From Thermomicrobiales bacterium (lineage in GTDB: Bacteria > Chloroflexota > Chloroflexia > Thermomicrobiales > CADCWN01): 64,000 nt of DNA. The position numbers and the translations under genes are program-made. The DNA lies in assembly GCA_030446685.1 (NCBI GenBank), contig JAUJMV010000039.1:15447-79446 (forward strand), in the 5' to 3' direction. This document shows, piece by piece, positions 44,580 through 54,547 of this stretch (position 1 is its first letter; the number at the start of each line of letters is the position of its first letter). The notes beneath the pieces were generated by a model. The model was given only the letters and a program-made list of their open reading frames with translations, did not search any database and was not told the origin of the DNA.

Positions 44580-46720
44580 CCGCGCGGGTGTCGGCGCCGC
44601 CCGCCCGCGCCGGGCGGCGCCGCCCGCGGCGCGGCGACGGCGGGCTGGCCCTCGCACTCGCGGCGGCGATCGTCCTCGTCGCCGCGCTCTACGTGTCGCG
44701 GGAGCGCACCTTCTACGCCCACGACGTCGGCGGCTACCACGACACCGCCGGGGGCGTCGCCGCCCTCTGGCGCCGGTCGCCCGGCGCGGCCTGGCGCGCG
44801 GTCGCCGGCTCGCTGGGCGGCGAGTACAACGCGCTCTACACCCTCCCGCTGCTGCCGCCGCTGCTCCTCCTCGGCGACTCGCGCCCGGCCTACGTGACCG
44901 CCCTGGCGCTCGTCTACCTCCTGCCGTTCGTCCTCGCCCTCGGCGCCCTCGGCGCGCGGCTGCTGCCCTGCCGCCCGCGCCGGGCCTTCTGGGGCACCGC
45001 GGCGCTCGCGGCGCTGACGCCGGCGGCCTGGGTGCCGACGCTGCGCGGCTACCCCGACACCGGCGCCGCCCTGCTGCTCGCCCTCGCGGCGCGGGCCTAC
45101 CTCGGCGACCCGGCGCTGCGGCGCTGGTGGCGCGCGCCGGCGATCGGCGCCCTGCTCGCCCTGGCGGTCCTCGTCCGGCGGCACTTCGCCTACGCCGCCC
45201 TCGCCTTCCTGGCCGCCCTGGCGCTGCTGGCGCTGCTGCGCGGGCTGCGGGAAGGCCGGCGCGCGGGGTGGTCGTGGCGCCCGCTGCGCGCCGCCGGGTG
45301 GCGCCTCCTCGCGATCGCGCTCGCCGGCGCGGGGACGCTGCTGCTCGTCGCCCCCGCGTTCGTCGCGCGCGCGCTGCGGACCGACTACTTCGCCCTGCAC
45401 CGGTCCTACCTGCACCCGCCCGCCGCGCTGGCCGGGTGGGCGGCGGCGAGCTACGGGGCGGTGGCCTGGCTGGCGGCGGTCGCCGGGCTGGGCTGGCTGC
45501 TCCGCCAGCCCGGGGCGCGCGGCGCGGCGCTCTTCTTCGCCGCCCGGGGGGGGCTGGCGCTGGCGGTCTGGACCTTGGTCGTCCGCCAGGTCGACCCGCA
45601 CTACACGCTGCACTTCACGCCGGTCGTCGTCCTGGGCCTGGCGGCCGGCGGGCTCGCGCTCTGGCGCCGGGCCGCGGCCCGCGTACGCCCGCTCGCCCTC
45701 GGGGCGTTCGGCCTGTGGGCGGTCGCGAACCTCGTCGTCGGCCTGGGGCTCGCGCCCGCCGCGCCCGCCGCCCCGCTCCGGCCGCTGTTCGCCGCGGCCG
45801 CGCCCCCGCTGGTCCACCCCGACCCGGAGGCGGTCGCCCACCTCGTCGCCTACCTGCGCGCGGCCGCGCCGGCGGGGGCGCCGATCTACGTCGCCGCCTC
45901 CTCGCCGACGCTGAGCGGGGACCTGCTGGTCCAGGCGGAGCGGGCGCTCTACGGGCGGGACGGGGCGCGCCTGGCGGTGCTGGCCGCGCCGGAGGTCGAC
46001 TCGCGCGACTTCTACCCGCTGCCGCCGCTCCTCCAGGCGCGCTACGTCGTCGTCGCCACGCCCTTCCAGCACCACCTGCCGCCGGGGGAGCAGGACGTGG
46101 TGCGCGTCGCGGCCGCGCTCGTCGCCGGCGAGGGCGCGTTCGCCCGCGACTTCGCCCCCCTGCCGCGCCGCTTCGCCTTCGCCGGCGGCGTGACCGCCAC
46201 CATCTACGCGCGGCAGCGCCCGACGCCGCGGCCGACCATGGCGCGGACGCTGCGCCTGATGCAGCTGGCGGTCGGGGCGCGGCCGGGCGGCCAGCCGGAC
46301 TGGCTAGTCCTCGACCGCGGCCTCCCCGCCGGGGTGACCTGGGACGCGGACCGGCGCCCGGTCGTGTCGGCGTACCCCGGCCCGCGCGACGGGGGGCCGG
46401 CGACGACGCTGGCCCACCTCGGGCCGCGCCCGCCTAGGGCGACGCTCACCGGGCGGCTCAGCTTCCGCGACCCGCGCTGCCCCGGCGTCGCGCTGCGGCT
46501 CGCGCGGCTCGGCCCCGATGGCACCCTCGCCCCGCTGTTCGAGCTCGCCCGCGCCCCCGGCCTCCCGGAGACCTTCGCGGTCACCCTGCCGGGCCCGGGC
46601 GAGGGGCCGCTCCTGGTCGAGATCGTCCACCTCGACGCCACCCGGGGCCACCCCCCCTGCACGCTGACCCTGGCGGAGCTCGCGGTGCAGCCCGCCGCCG
46701 CGGGCGACGGCGGGGGGTGA
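44576..46720 (+). CDS. large polytopic membrane protein, GT-C (ArnT/PMT-like) glycosyltransferase-like; intact 714 aa
   Basis: The GTG start overlaps the stop of the upstream gene (GTGA). More than 10 hydrophobic segments are followed by a soluble C-terminal part of about 200 aa. The fold assignment comes from topology and paralogy only. Confidence 0.55.
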   Translation: MTARVSAPPARAGRRRPRRGDGGLALALAAAIVLVAALYVSRERTFYAHDVGGYHDTAGGVAALWRRSPGAAWRAVAGSLGGEYNALYTLPLLPPLLLLGDSRPAYVTALALVYLLPFVLALGALGARLLPCRPRRAFWGTAALAALTPAAWVPTLRGYPDTGAALLLALAARAYLGDPALRRWWRAPAIGALLALAVLVRRHFAYAALAFLAALALLALLRGLREGRRAGWSWRPLRAAGWRLLAIALAGAGTLLLVAPAFVARALRTDYFALHRSYLHPPAALAGWAAASYGAVAWLAAVAGLGWLLRQPGARGAALFFAARGGLALAVWTLVVRQVDPHYTLHFTPVVVLGLAAGGLALWRRAAARVRPLALGAFGLWAVANLVVGLGLAPAAPAAPLRPLFAAAAPPLVHPDPEAVAHLVAYLRAAAPAGAPIYVAASSPTLSGDLLVQAERALYGRDGARLAVLAAPEVDSRDFYPLPPLLQARYVVVATPFQHHLPPGEQDVVRVAAALVAGEGAFARDFAPLPRRFAFAGGVTATIYARQRPTPRPTMARTLRLMQLAVGARPGGQPDWLVLDRGLPAGVTWDADRRPVVSAYPGPRDGGPATTLAHLGPRPPRATLTGRLSFRDPRCPGVALRLARLGPDGTLAPLFELARAPGLPETFAVTLPGPGEGPLLVEIVHLDATRGHPPCTLTLAELAVQPAAAGDGGG

Positions 46721-46724
46721 CGGC

Positions 46725-48330
46725 GTGGGGCGGTGGCCGAGCCCCGCGGACCGGTGCGGCCGGGCCGCGCGCACCCTGCCGCCCTGGCGCGACCCCCTGC
46801 TGGCCCTCGCCTTCTTCCTCGTCACCGTGCAGTTGCGCCGCCCCTACAAGATGCTCCTCCCCTACGCCTGGGACTCGATCCTCTACCTGCGGGCGGTCGA
46901 CCACTTCAACGCGACGGTCCACCAGCCGCAGCCGCCCGGCTACCTCTTCTACGTCTCGGCCGCGCGGCTGTTCAACCTGGCGGTCGGTGACCCGCACCGG
47001 GCGCTCGTCTGGGTCAGCATCGTCGCCAGCGCGGCGGCGGTCGCGGCCCTCTACCTCCTGGCCCGGCTGCTCTACGACTGGGTGACCGGCGTGGTGGCGG
47101 CGCTGCTGCTGACCTCGGTGACCTTCTGGTTCTACGGGGAGATCGCCTACCCCTACACGGCGCTGGCGGCGTGCAGCACCGTCCTGGCCCTGCTGGCGCT
47201 GGGGCTGCGGCGCGGCCTGCTCCCCGGCGCCCCCGGCGTCGCGCTCGCCACCGGCGCCTTCGGGCTGCTGGCCGGCTTCCGGCAGGATCTGCTCCTCTTC
47301 CCGGCGCCGCTCTTCGTCGCGGCGCTGTGGGGCCGGCCACCGCGTCAGTGGCTGGGGGGGCGGCGACCGGGGCGCTCGGCATCCTCTGCTGGCTGCTGCC
47401 GACCGCCGCGCTGTCGGAGGGGCTGGCGAAGTATTACGCGGCGGTCACCTACCAGAGCAGCAACGCCAGCGGTGAATTGTCGGCCTTCACGGTCGGCCTC
47501 GCCGGCCTGCGCGCCAACGCGCGCACGGTGACGTTCTTCCTCCAGCAAGGGCTCAACCTTGCGCTCGTCCCGCTGGCCTACCTGCTGCTCCGGCACCTGG
47601 CGGTGGCGCTGGCGCGCCGCCGCGCGCCCGAGCCGGCCTGCGGCTGGACCGCGCTCTGGCTGGCCCCGCCGCTCCTCTTCTACCTCCTGGCGCACATCGG
47701 CGACTACGGCTACACCTTCAGCGTGCTGCCGGGGCTGCTGGTCCTGGCCGCGCGCGGGGTGGTGCTGGCCGCGCGCGACCTGGTCGCGCTGGCCGGCACG
47801 CTGATTGCCCGACCGCGGGGCGCCGGCGGGCAGCCCGCCGGCCCGGTCGCCCGGCTCGCCGCCGTCGCCCTGGCGCTGGGGCTCGGCGCGGGCATCGCCG
47901 TGGCGGATGCGCGCATCTTCCTGGCGCCCCAGGGGCAGTTCAGCGTGGCCGGCATCGACTGCTTCAACCAGACGATGCGGGAGCGGCTGAACATCGTCCG
48001 CCAGGACTTCCGGCCGGCGGAGACGCTGATCTTCACCGCCGGCTACTGACCAGCATGTGCGCTACTTCCGCCGGCGTACCCGACCTGGCTCCCCGCCGCG
48101 GGCGCGGGGCCGGTGGTCGAGCGGACGATCGAGCCCGGCACCCGCCACCTGCTCGTCTTCGACGAGGTCCTGCGCCCCGCCGACGAGCGCGCCGGCTTCA
48201 AGCACTACGCCCTGCCCTGCAACGGCACCCCTTCCACGTCGCCGCCGTCAAGCGCGGCGATGTCGTGCGGGTCGACAGCGCCGCGGCGACGATCGCGATC
48301 GTGCCGGCGGCCGCGCCCCTGGCGCGCGTC
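46725..48330 (+). pseudogene. GT-C-like membrane protein, paralog 2, frameshifted (3' end uncertain)
   Basis: DSILYLRAVDHFNATVHQPQPPGYLFYV and GEIAYPYTALAA (ORF 46725), then LSAFTVGLAGLRANAR and LFYLLAHIGDYGYTFSVLPGL (ORF 47171). After the TGA at 48049 the homologous tail continues in other frames. Confidence 0.55.
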
Positions 48331-48659
48331 GGCGGCCCTGGGCCGGTCCCGCAGCAGGGCGTGGTCAGTTCCGGCCCGGCGCCGACCCCCAGCGCGCTCG
48401 ACCGCTTCCTGCTGGGCTTCCCGCGCCCGGCGGTCGACCGCCTCGCCATGGGCCTGACCGCGCTGGCGGCGGCCTCGTCGCCGCGCCGTCGCCGCCCTGC
48501 TCCGCGCCCTCGCGCGCCGCGCCGCCGCCCCGCCCCCCCCGGACCCCCGCCCCCGCCGCGCAGCACGGGGGCCTGAGGTAACGGCCGCGGCCGGCCGCCG
48601 GCGTCGGCCCGGTCGCGGGTGCCCTCCTTGTCGGGCGGCAGCCACGCCCCCTGGGGCCG

Positions 48660-50206
48660 TCAGCGGGTCGCGCCCAGCGCGTAGTGTGCCGCGTCGAAGG
48701 TGAAGGTCGTGCCGGCCGCCTCGGCGACGGCGAGTGCGTAGGCCGGGCAGGCGAGCGGCACCCGCGACCAGGCGCCGCCGTGCGCGACGCGCAGCTCGAG
48801 ATCGAAGACGAGCACGCGCTCGACCCCCGCCGGCGCCCGCCAGGTGCGATCGTGGCCCGGCTCAGGGCCTGGACGTGCCGGTACGCCGGCAGGTAGTACG
48901 CCACATGCGGCAGGTAGCCCGCGGTCGCGAGCTGCGTCGTCGCGGGCGGAAGTCGGCCGCGATCGTGGCGAGCGCGTCCTCCAGCGCCCGCCCGCGGCAG
49001 TCGAGGTGCCCGGCGGAGACGTCGCGGTCACCGCCGAGGAAGAGCCAGGCGTGGTACGGCAGGATGAGCGCGACCAGGCCGACGGCCAGGGCGCGGCGCA
49101 GGTGGCGCGCCCGCCGGGCCGCCCACCGCCTGGCAGCAAGTTCTCGGCGATCGCCGCGGCGGCGCGCGCCAGCCCGGCGCCCGCCGCCAGCAGCACCGGG
49201 GGCAGGAGGCTGAACACGTAGCCGGTGTCGCCGATGTGGACCAGCAGGTAGAAGAGGAGCGGCGGGGCCAGCCGGGGGAGGAGGAACGGTGGGCGCCGGC
49301 CCTCGCGGCGGGGCTGGGTCGGCCACCTGGAGGAAGTAGGCGAGCGCGGGGAAGACCGCCAGGTAGAACGTCTCCTTGCTGTAGCCCAGCAGCTGACGCG
49401 CGTTCGCCCGCAGGCCCGCCGCGCCGGTCGCGAAGGCCGAGGTGCCCCGCTCGACGTTCGTCGCCTGCAGCGCCAGCGCCCGCCAGAGGGCGCCCCAGCC
49501 CCCGAGGCCAGGTCGGTCGCCGCCCACCAGGCCGCGACGGCGGCCAGGCCCCCGAGCGCGGCGAGGCCGAGCTGGCGCTGGGCGTCGCGCCCCCGCAGGC
49601 CGACCCCCGCCGCGAAGCAGGCGGCGACGAGCGGCCCGAGGAAGAGGAGGAAGATCCTGCCGGAAGCCGCCCGCCAGCCCGAGGGCGGGGCCGACAAGCC
49701 AGGGCCGCGCGAGCCGCCCGTGGAGCAGGAGCCAGCCGAGGAGGCCCAGGGCGGCCGAGCCGAGGGCGAGCGTCGTGTACGGGTAGGTGATCGCCGAGTA
49801 GAACCAGAAGGCGGGGAGGTGAGCGCCAGCCGGCCGCCAGGAGGCCGGCCGGGCGGTCGAACAGAGCACGCCCAGGAGGTAGAGCGCGGCGACGGTCAGG
49901 CTCGCCGCGGCGAGGCTGAGCAGGACGTAGGCCTCGTTCGCCCCCAGCCCCCGACGGCACGCAGGAGCTTGGCGGTCGCCACGTAGAAGAGACACCCGGG
50001 CGGCTGGGGGCGGTGGGCCACGACGTCGTAGTCGTCGAGCGCCAGGGCGAAGAGCCCGGCGTCCCAGGACCAGAGCACCGCGCTGCGGAAGGGCCAGCGG
50101 CTGAGCGCGGCCACCGCGACCAGGCCCGCGGCGACGAGCGCGTCGACCCGCGACCAGGGGCGGGCGGCGGCGGGTGCGCCGCCGCCCGCGCGTCGGCCCC
50201 CATCAC
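48660..50206 (-). pseudogene. GT-C-like membrane protein, paralog 3, frameshifted
   Basis: DAGLFALALDDYDVVAHRPQPPGCLFYV, FWFYSAITYPYTTLAL, TSAFATGAAGLRANAR, LFYLLVHIGDTGYVFSLLPPV and the tail FTFDAAHYALGATR are spread over three frames. It is convergent with paralog 2. Confidence 0.55.
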
Positions 50207-50473
50207 GACCCGCGCCCGGCGCGCGGATGCGGGCGCGGCGGCCGCCGGTGCAGCGCAAGGCGCAGGGCCCTTCCGTGATCCGGTAGCCGCGCGCGTGGCC
50301 AGGAAAAGAGGCCCGCGACGTCACACGCTCGGACAAGACATCGGGGTACACATATTGGCCGTATCGGTGGCCGATGCCGACCTGGTTGACAGCCCAGTAG
50401 TAGCACGATAGAACATGTACGTACACCTCATGGCGCACGAGGGCGACGGCACGGCACGGGTTGCGGATCGGCG

Positions 50474-52252
50474 ATGCCGCAGGCGAAGCGACCGCAGCGG
50501 GACGCGACCGAGGATTGGGAGCAACTCCGCATCTTCGTCAGCTCGCCGCAGCAAGAGACCGATGAGTTGCTACGGCCCATCGTCCTCTTCGGGCGTACCC
50601 CGGCGGCGCGTGCCGCGGAGACCGGCGTGCCGGAGCGAACCTTGCGCCGCAAGGCCGACCGCTTCGACGCCGCCGGGATGGCCGGCCTCTTCGAGACGGC
50701 CGCGCCGGCGGCGCACGATCGCCGCGCCCTCCCACCCGAGATCCGCCGGGCGATCCTCGACCTGCAGGCGGAGTACCCGCCCTTACGCCCGCACGAGATC
50801 GCCACCATCTGCGAGCGGCGCTTCCGCCGGCCAGTCAGCCACCACACCGTCGGGCGCATCCTCGCCGCCGGGCCGCCGCCGACCGCCACCGGCCGCCGCT
50901 TCCCGCGCTACCGCGACATCGCCGATCCGGTCGAACGCCGCCTGGCGGTCGTGCGCCTCTACCGCGAGGGGTGGAATGTCAAGAGCATCGCCGGCTACCT
51001 GGCGACCAAGCGCCCGCGCGTCTACGAAGCCCTCCGCCGCTGGTCCGCCGAGGGGCTGCCCGGCCTGGACGATCACTCCCGCGCGCCGCACCATCCCGCG
51101 CGCAAGGTCGACCTCAAGACCCTGGCGGCGATCCGGCGTCTCCAGGCCAATCCCGAATTGGGCGGGTTCCGCGTCAGCGCCGCCCTCGAGCCGCGCGACA
51201 TCTTCCTGAGCCCGCGCACCTGCCAGCGGATCCTCGCCCTGCATCGCGACCTGGCGGCGGCGCGCCGCGCGCCGGCCGTGCCGCGCGAGCCGCGGCCGCA
51301 CCCGTTCGCGGCGAGCCGCCGCCACCAGATCTGGTCCGTGGACATCCGCTCCATCGAGGATCACGGGCTCGCCACCGAGAAGCCCGTCTATGCCATCGCC
51401 GTGCTGGAAAACTCTAGTCGGGCGATCCTCGCCAGCCTGCGCTCGCCGCGGCAGGACCTCACGGCGTACCTCGTCGTCTTGCGCGACGCGCTCCAGCGCC
51501 ATGGCGCCCCCGAGCTGCTGGTCAGCGACAGTGGCGGCGTCTTCCTCGCCAAGCCGGCCCTGGCGCTCTACCGGGCGCTGGGGATCGAGAAGCGGGAGAT
51601 CGCGCGCGGGCGCCCGTGGCAGAACGATAGCGAAGCGAACTTCGGGACGATGCGCCGGATGGCCGATTACCACTTCGCCCAGGCGGCGACGTGGCCGGCG
51701 ATGCACGCGATCCACGCCCGCTGCTTCCGCGAGTACAACGGCCAGAAGCACTTCGCCCACCAGGACCGCCCGGTGGGGGAGCAAAGCCCGGCGCGGGTCC
51801 TGCGGTGGGTGCAGGGGGCGTGGTGCGACCCGGCGGATCTGGATCGCCTCTTCCGCGTGCGGGCGCGGCGCCGGGTGGATGCGGCGGGCTTTGTCCGGTT
51901 CCGCCACTGGCGGTTGTACGGCGAGCGCGGCCTGGCCGGTGCGGAGGCCGCCGTGTGGATCCTCGGCAACGACCTGACGATCGCGTACGCCACCGACACG
52001 CTGGCCCAGTACCGCGTCGCCTTCGAGCCGGATGAGCGCCACATCCGCGCGGTGACCGACGCGCGCCTCTTCGAGACCTGCTACCCCTCGCCGCAGCCGC
52101 CCTTGTGGGCCTGGGAGGATCACGAGTGGCGCCGCGCCGTGCGCGCCCCGGCCTACGCCCCCCGCCGCCGCCCGCTCCCGACCGCCCTGCAGGCACCGCT
52201 CTTCCCGCTCGAGGAGGAACCCGCTGCCGCCGCGATGCGGGGTGCGGGGTAG
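50474..52252 (+). CDS. DDE transposase, 592 aa, identical to 17921..19699
   Basis: The translation in the ORF track is identical. Confidence 0.85.
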   Translation: MPQAKRPQRDATEDWEQLRIFVSSPQQETDELLRPIVLFGRTPAARAAETGVPERTLRRKADRFDAAGMAGLFETAAPAAHDRRALPPEIRRAILDLQAEYPPLRPHEIATICERRFRRPVSHHTVGRILAAGPPPTATGRRFPRYRDIADPVERRLAVVRLYREGWNVKSIAGYLATKRPRVYEALRRWSAEGLPGLDDHSRAPHHPARKVDLKTLAAIRRLQANPELGGFRVSAALEPRDIFLSPRTCQRILALHRDLAAARRAPAVPREPRPHPFAASRRHQIWSVDIRSIEDHGLATEKPVYAIAVLENSSRAILASLRSPRQDLTAYLVVLRDALQRHGAPELLVSDSGGVFLAKPALALYRALGIEKREIARGRPWQNDSEANFGTMRRMADYHFAQAATWPAMHAIHARCFREYNGQKHFAHQDRPVGEQSPARVLRWVQGAWCDPADLDRLFRVRARRRVDAAGFVRFRHWRLYGERGLAGAEAAVWILGNDLTIAYATDTLAQYRVAFEPDERHIRAVTDARLFETCYPSPQPPLWAWEDHEWRRAVRAPAYAPRRRPLPTALQAPLFPLEEEPAAAAMRGAG

Positions 52253-52286
52253 GAGGCGGCCGCAGGCGGGCGCCCGCCCGCCCGGC

Positions 52287-52637
52287 ATGGGACGTCATCC
52301 CACGGCGCTGCCGGGCGCCCTCTCCCTGGCGCTGGCGGCGATCACCCAGCCCGCCCCGGCGGTGACGCTGTTCTGCCTGCAATGGGGGGCGATCCAGGTT
52401 CCTGCGCCGCTCTTCGCCGGCGACCTGAACGAGCGCCTCCCCAGCAGCTACCGCGCCACCGTGCTCTCGCTGATCACCGTGGCGCGCTCGACCGACGTCG
52501 GGCTGGTCGGGCTCATCGTCGGCGGCCTCGCGGCGACCGCCCTCCCCGCCGCCTTCGCGCTCATGGGGGTGCTGGTGCTGGGAGGGGCGCTCCTCTTTCG
52601 GATCAACGAGCGCCACCTCGACAGCAGACCGGAGTGA
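52287..52637 (+). CDS. passenger ORF (MFS-like C-terminal fragment), identical to 19734..20084
   Basis: The translation in the ORF track is identical. Confidence 0.4.
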   Translation: MGRHPTALPGALSLALAAITQPAPAVTLFCLQWGAIQVPAPLFAGDLNERLPSSYRATVLSLITVARSTDVGLVGLIVGGLAATALPAAFALMGVLVLGGALLFRINERHLDSRPE

Positions 52638-52732
52638 GCAGGGGTGCGCCGCGCGGATGGCCTCGTCGCTGCACCGTGCCATCGGCCACCGATACGGCCA
52701 ATATGTGTACCCCGATGTCTTGTCCGAGCGTG

Positions 52733-53006
52733 CGGTCGACCGCCACGGGCGCGTCGGCGCCGGCCGCCCTCTCCGACCGCGCGGTCGCCCTCGTCGTCCA
52801 GCGCGCGGCCGCCGCCGCCGGCCTCGACTCGGCGCGCTACGCCGGCCACTCGCTGCGCAGCGGGCTGGCCACCGCCGCCGCCCAGGCGGGGTGCGCGAGC
52901 GGGCGATCATGGCCCAGACCGGCCACCGCGCCCGCACCATGGTCCGCCGCTCCAGCCGCGAGGGCTCCTCTTCCGCGACAATGCGGCGGCGGCCGTCGGC
53001 CTCTAG
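52733..53006 (+). pseudogene. tyrosine recombinase, C-terminal catalytic fragment starting exactly at the IS junction
   Basis: VDRHGRVGAGR / LSDRAVALVVQRAAAAAGLDSARYAGHSLRSGLATAAAQAG / RERAIMAQTGHRARTMVRR / LFRDNAAAAVGL* is read over three frames. The position of the catalytic Tyr (RRY) reads RRS. Confidence 0.7.
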
Positions 53007-53033
53007 TGACGGGCGCGCGGGGAGGGGGCGGAG

Positions 53034-54030
53034 ATGGCGACACACGAGGCGGCGGCGGTCGGCGCGGCACTGGGGCTCACGGACGAGCACGGCCCCTGGC
53101 TGGGCGGACCTGGCGGCCCTCGGCGCGCCGCCGGGCGGGGTCCGCCTGCCATCCATTTGTGATGCGCCGGCGCTTCTGGCGCGCCTCGCGGTCGCGCCGG
53201 AGGATGCCGCGGTCATCCTCGCGCACCGCCGTCCCGGCGGACACGCCCGCCCTGTGGTGGCTGCTGGAGCGCTGCGCCCATCTCCTCGCGCGGCGGCTGG
53301 GGGCGGTGGAGCGCCTGGCCCCTGGCCGGCGCTCCCGCCGGCCCTCGGCCCGTCCGGGCGGTGCTTCTACGTGTTCGTGTTCCTCGCCGCGCTGCCGGGC
53401 GTGCGCGCCTACCACCGGGCGCGCGCCATCCCGGACGAGGTGAGCTGGGCGACGCTGGCCGACCTCGGCCGCCACGTCGCGCTCCACCGCCGCACCCACG
53501 GCGCGGTCGGCCTGGACACCCAGGCCTGGCTCACGCTGCACTTCCGCGGCGCGCTCACGACCTGGGACGGCTGCAGTTCGAGCGCGCGCGGGTCCGCCAC
53601 GACGACCGGGCGCTCGCGGCCGCCGGCGCCGCTCCGGCGCGGGGACCCGGTCCTCGCCGTCCACATCCCCCGAGGCCGGGCCGCTCCTGCCGGCCGCCTG
53701 CGACACCGCGCTGGCGCGGGCGCGCCCTTCGCCGCGCACTTCCCCGACGAGCCCTACCGGCTCGCCACCTGCACCCTCCTGGCTCCTCGACGACCAGCTG
53801 GCCGCGTCCCTCCCCGCGGCGGCCAACATCGTCCGCTTCCAGCGGCGCTTCCACCCCTCCCCGACCTGGACCGGGAGGGCGACGCCGCGATCGTGCAGTT
53901 CGTCTTCCGGCGGGTCGGGGTGCCGCTGGACGCGCTGCCGCGGCGCACCGCGCTGGAGCGGGCGGTCGTCGACCACCTGCGCGCCGGCCGCCACTGGCGC
54001 ATCCGCGCCGGCTGGCTCCCCTCGCCCTGA
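53034..54030 (+). pseudogene. conserved hypothetical protein (acyltransferase/DUF5596-like), frameshifted
   Basis: ATG 53034 follows GGAGGGGG. FYVFVFLAALPGVRAYHRARAIPDEVSWATLADLGRHV, LQFERARV and LAVHIPRG segments lie in different frames. The family name is recalled from memory, with low certainty. Confidence 0.45.
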
Positions 54031-54124
54031 GCCAGGCGGCGGTCGGGCTGGGCGTGCTGGCGCGGCGCCCCCACGCCGCGCCGCCGCCGCGTGTTATGCT
54101 GTCGCCGCCGGGGGACGCGGAGGG

Positions 54125-54495
54125 ATGATGTCGCGCGAGTTGCGGCTGCAGGAGGCCAACCGGCGGGCGCGCGAGGCCGGCGCGGAGGTCGCCCGCCTCA
54201 CGCAACTGATCGCCCAGCGCGAGCGCGCGGGTGGGACGCCGCCCAGGGCGAGATCGACGCCCTGCGGGCGACCGTGGCGCGGCTGGAGCGGGCCCTGGAG
54301 GCCGAGCAGCGCCGGGCGGCCCGCGACCTGGCCGCGCACGACCGTGACCGGCGCATCGCCCAGCGGCAGCTGCGGGTGGCCGCGGGGGCGCTGCACCGCG
54401 CGGTGCGCGACGGCTGGCTGGGGGCCGAGGAGGCGCCGGCGGCGCTCGAGGAGCGCGCGGCGGTCGCGGCGCAGGAGCTGGCGCGCCTGGGGTGA
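54125..54495 (+). pseudogene. coiled-coil hypothetical protein, one frameshift
   Basis: MMSRELRLQEANRRAREAGAEVARLTQLIAQRERAG is in frame 2. WDAAQGEIDALRATVARLERALEAEQRRAARDLAAH...QELARLG* is in frame 1. Confidence 0.4.
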
Positions 54496-54547
54496 GGCCG
54501 GCGCGCCTGGGGTGAGGCCGCCGCGCCTGGGGTGAGGCCGCCGCGCC
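54481..54547. repeat. 20-bp tandem repeat, 3.3 copies
   Basis: GCGCGCCTGGGGTGAGGCCG occurs twice, then CCGCGCCTGGGGTGAGGCCG, then the partial CCGCGCC. The first unit contains the TGA stop at 54493..54495. Confidence 0.9.

Larger units (their letters stand above)
50324..52732 (+). mobile_element. insertion sequence copy 2 (2,409 bp), same orientation as copy 1
   Basis: Offset by exactly 32,553 bp from copy 1. All six-frame ORF translations in the track are identical between the copies. The 53-bp TIRs are perfect in this copy. Confidence 0.9.

Noticed and set aside
54481-54547. Possible CRISPR array (short direct repeats).
   Set aside because: The 20-bp units are strictly tandem with no spacers. 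There are only 3.3 copies, and no cas genes occur anywhere in the window.
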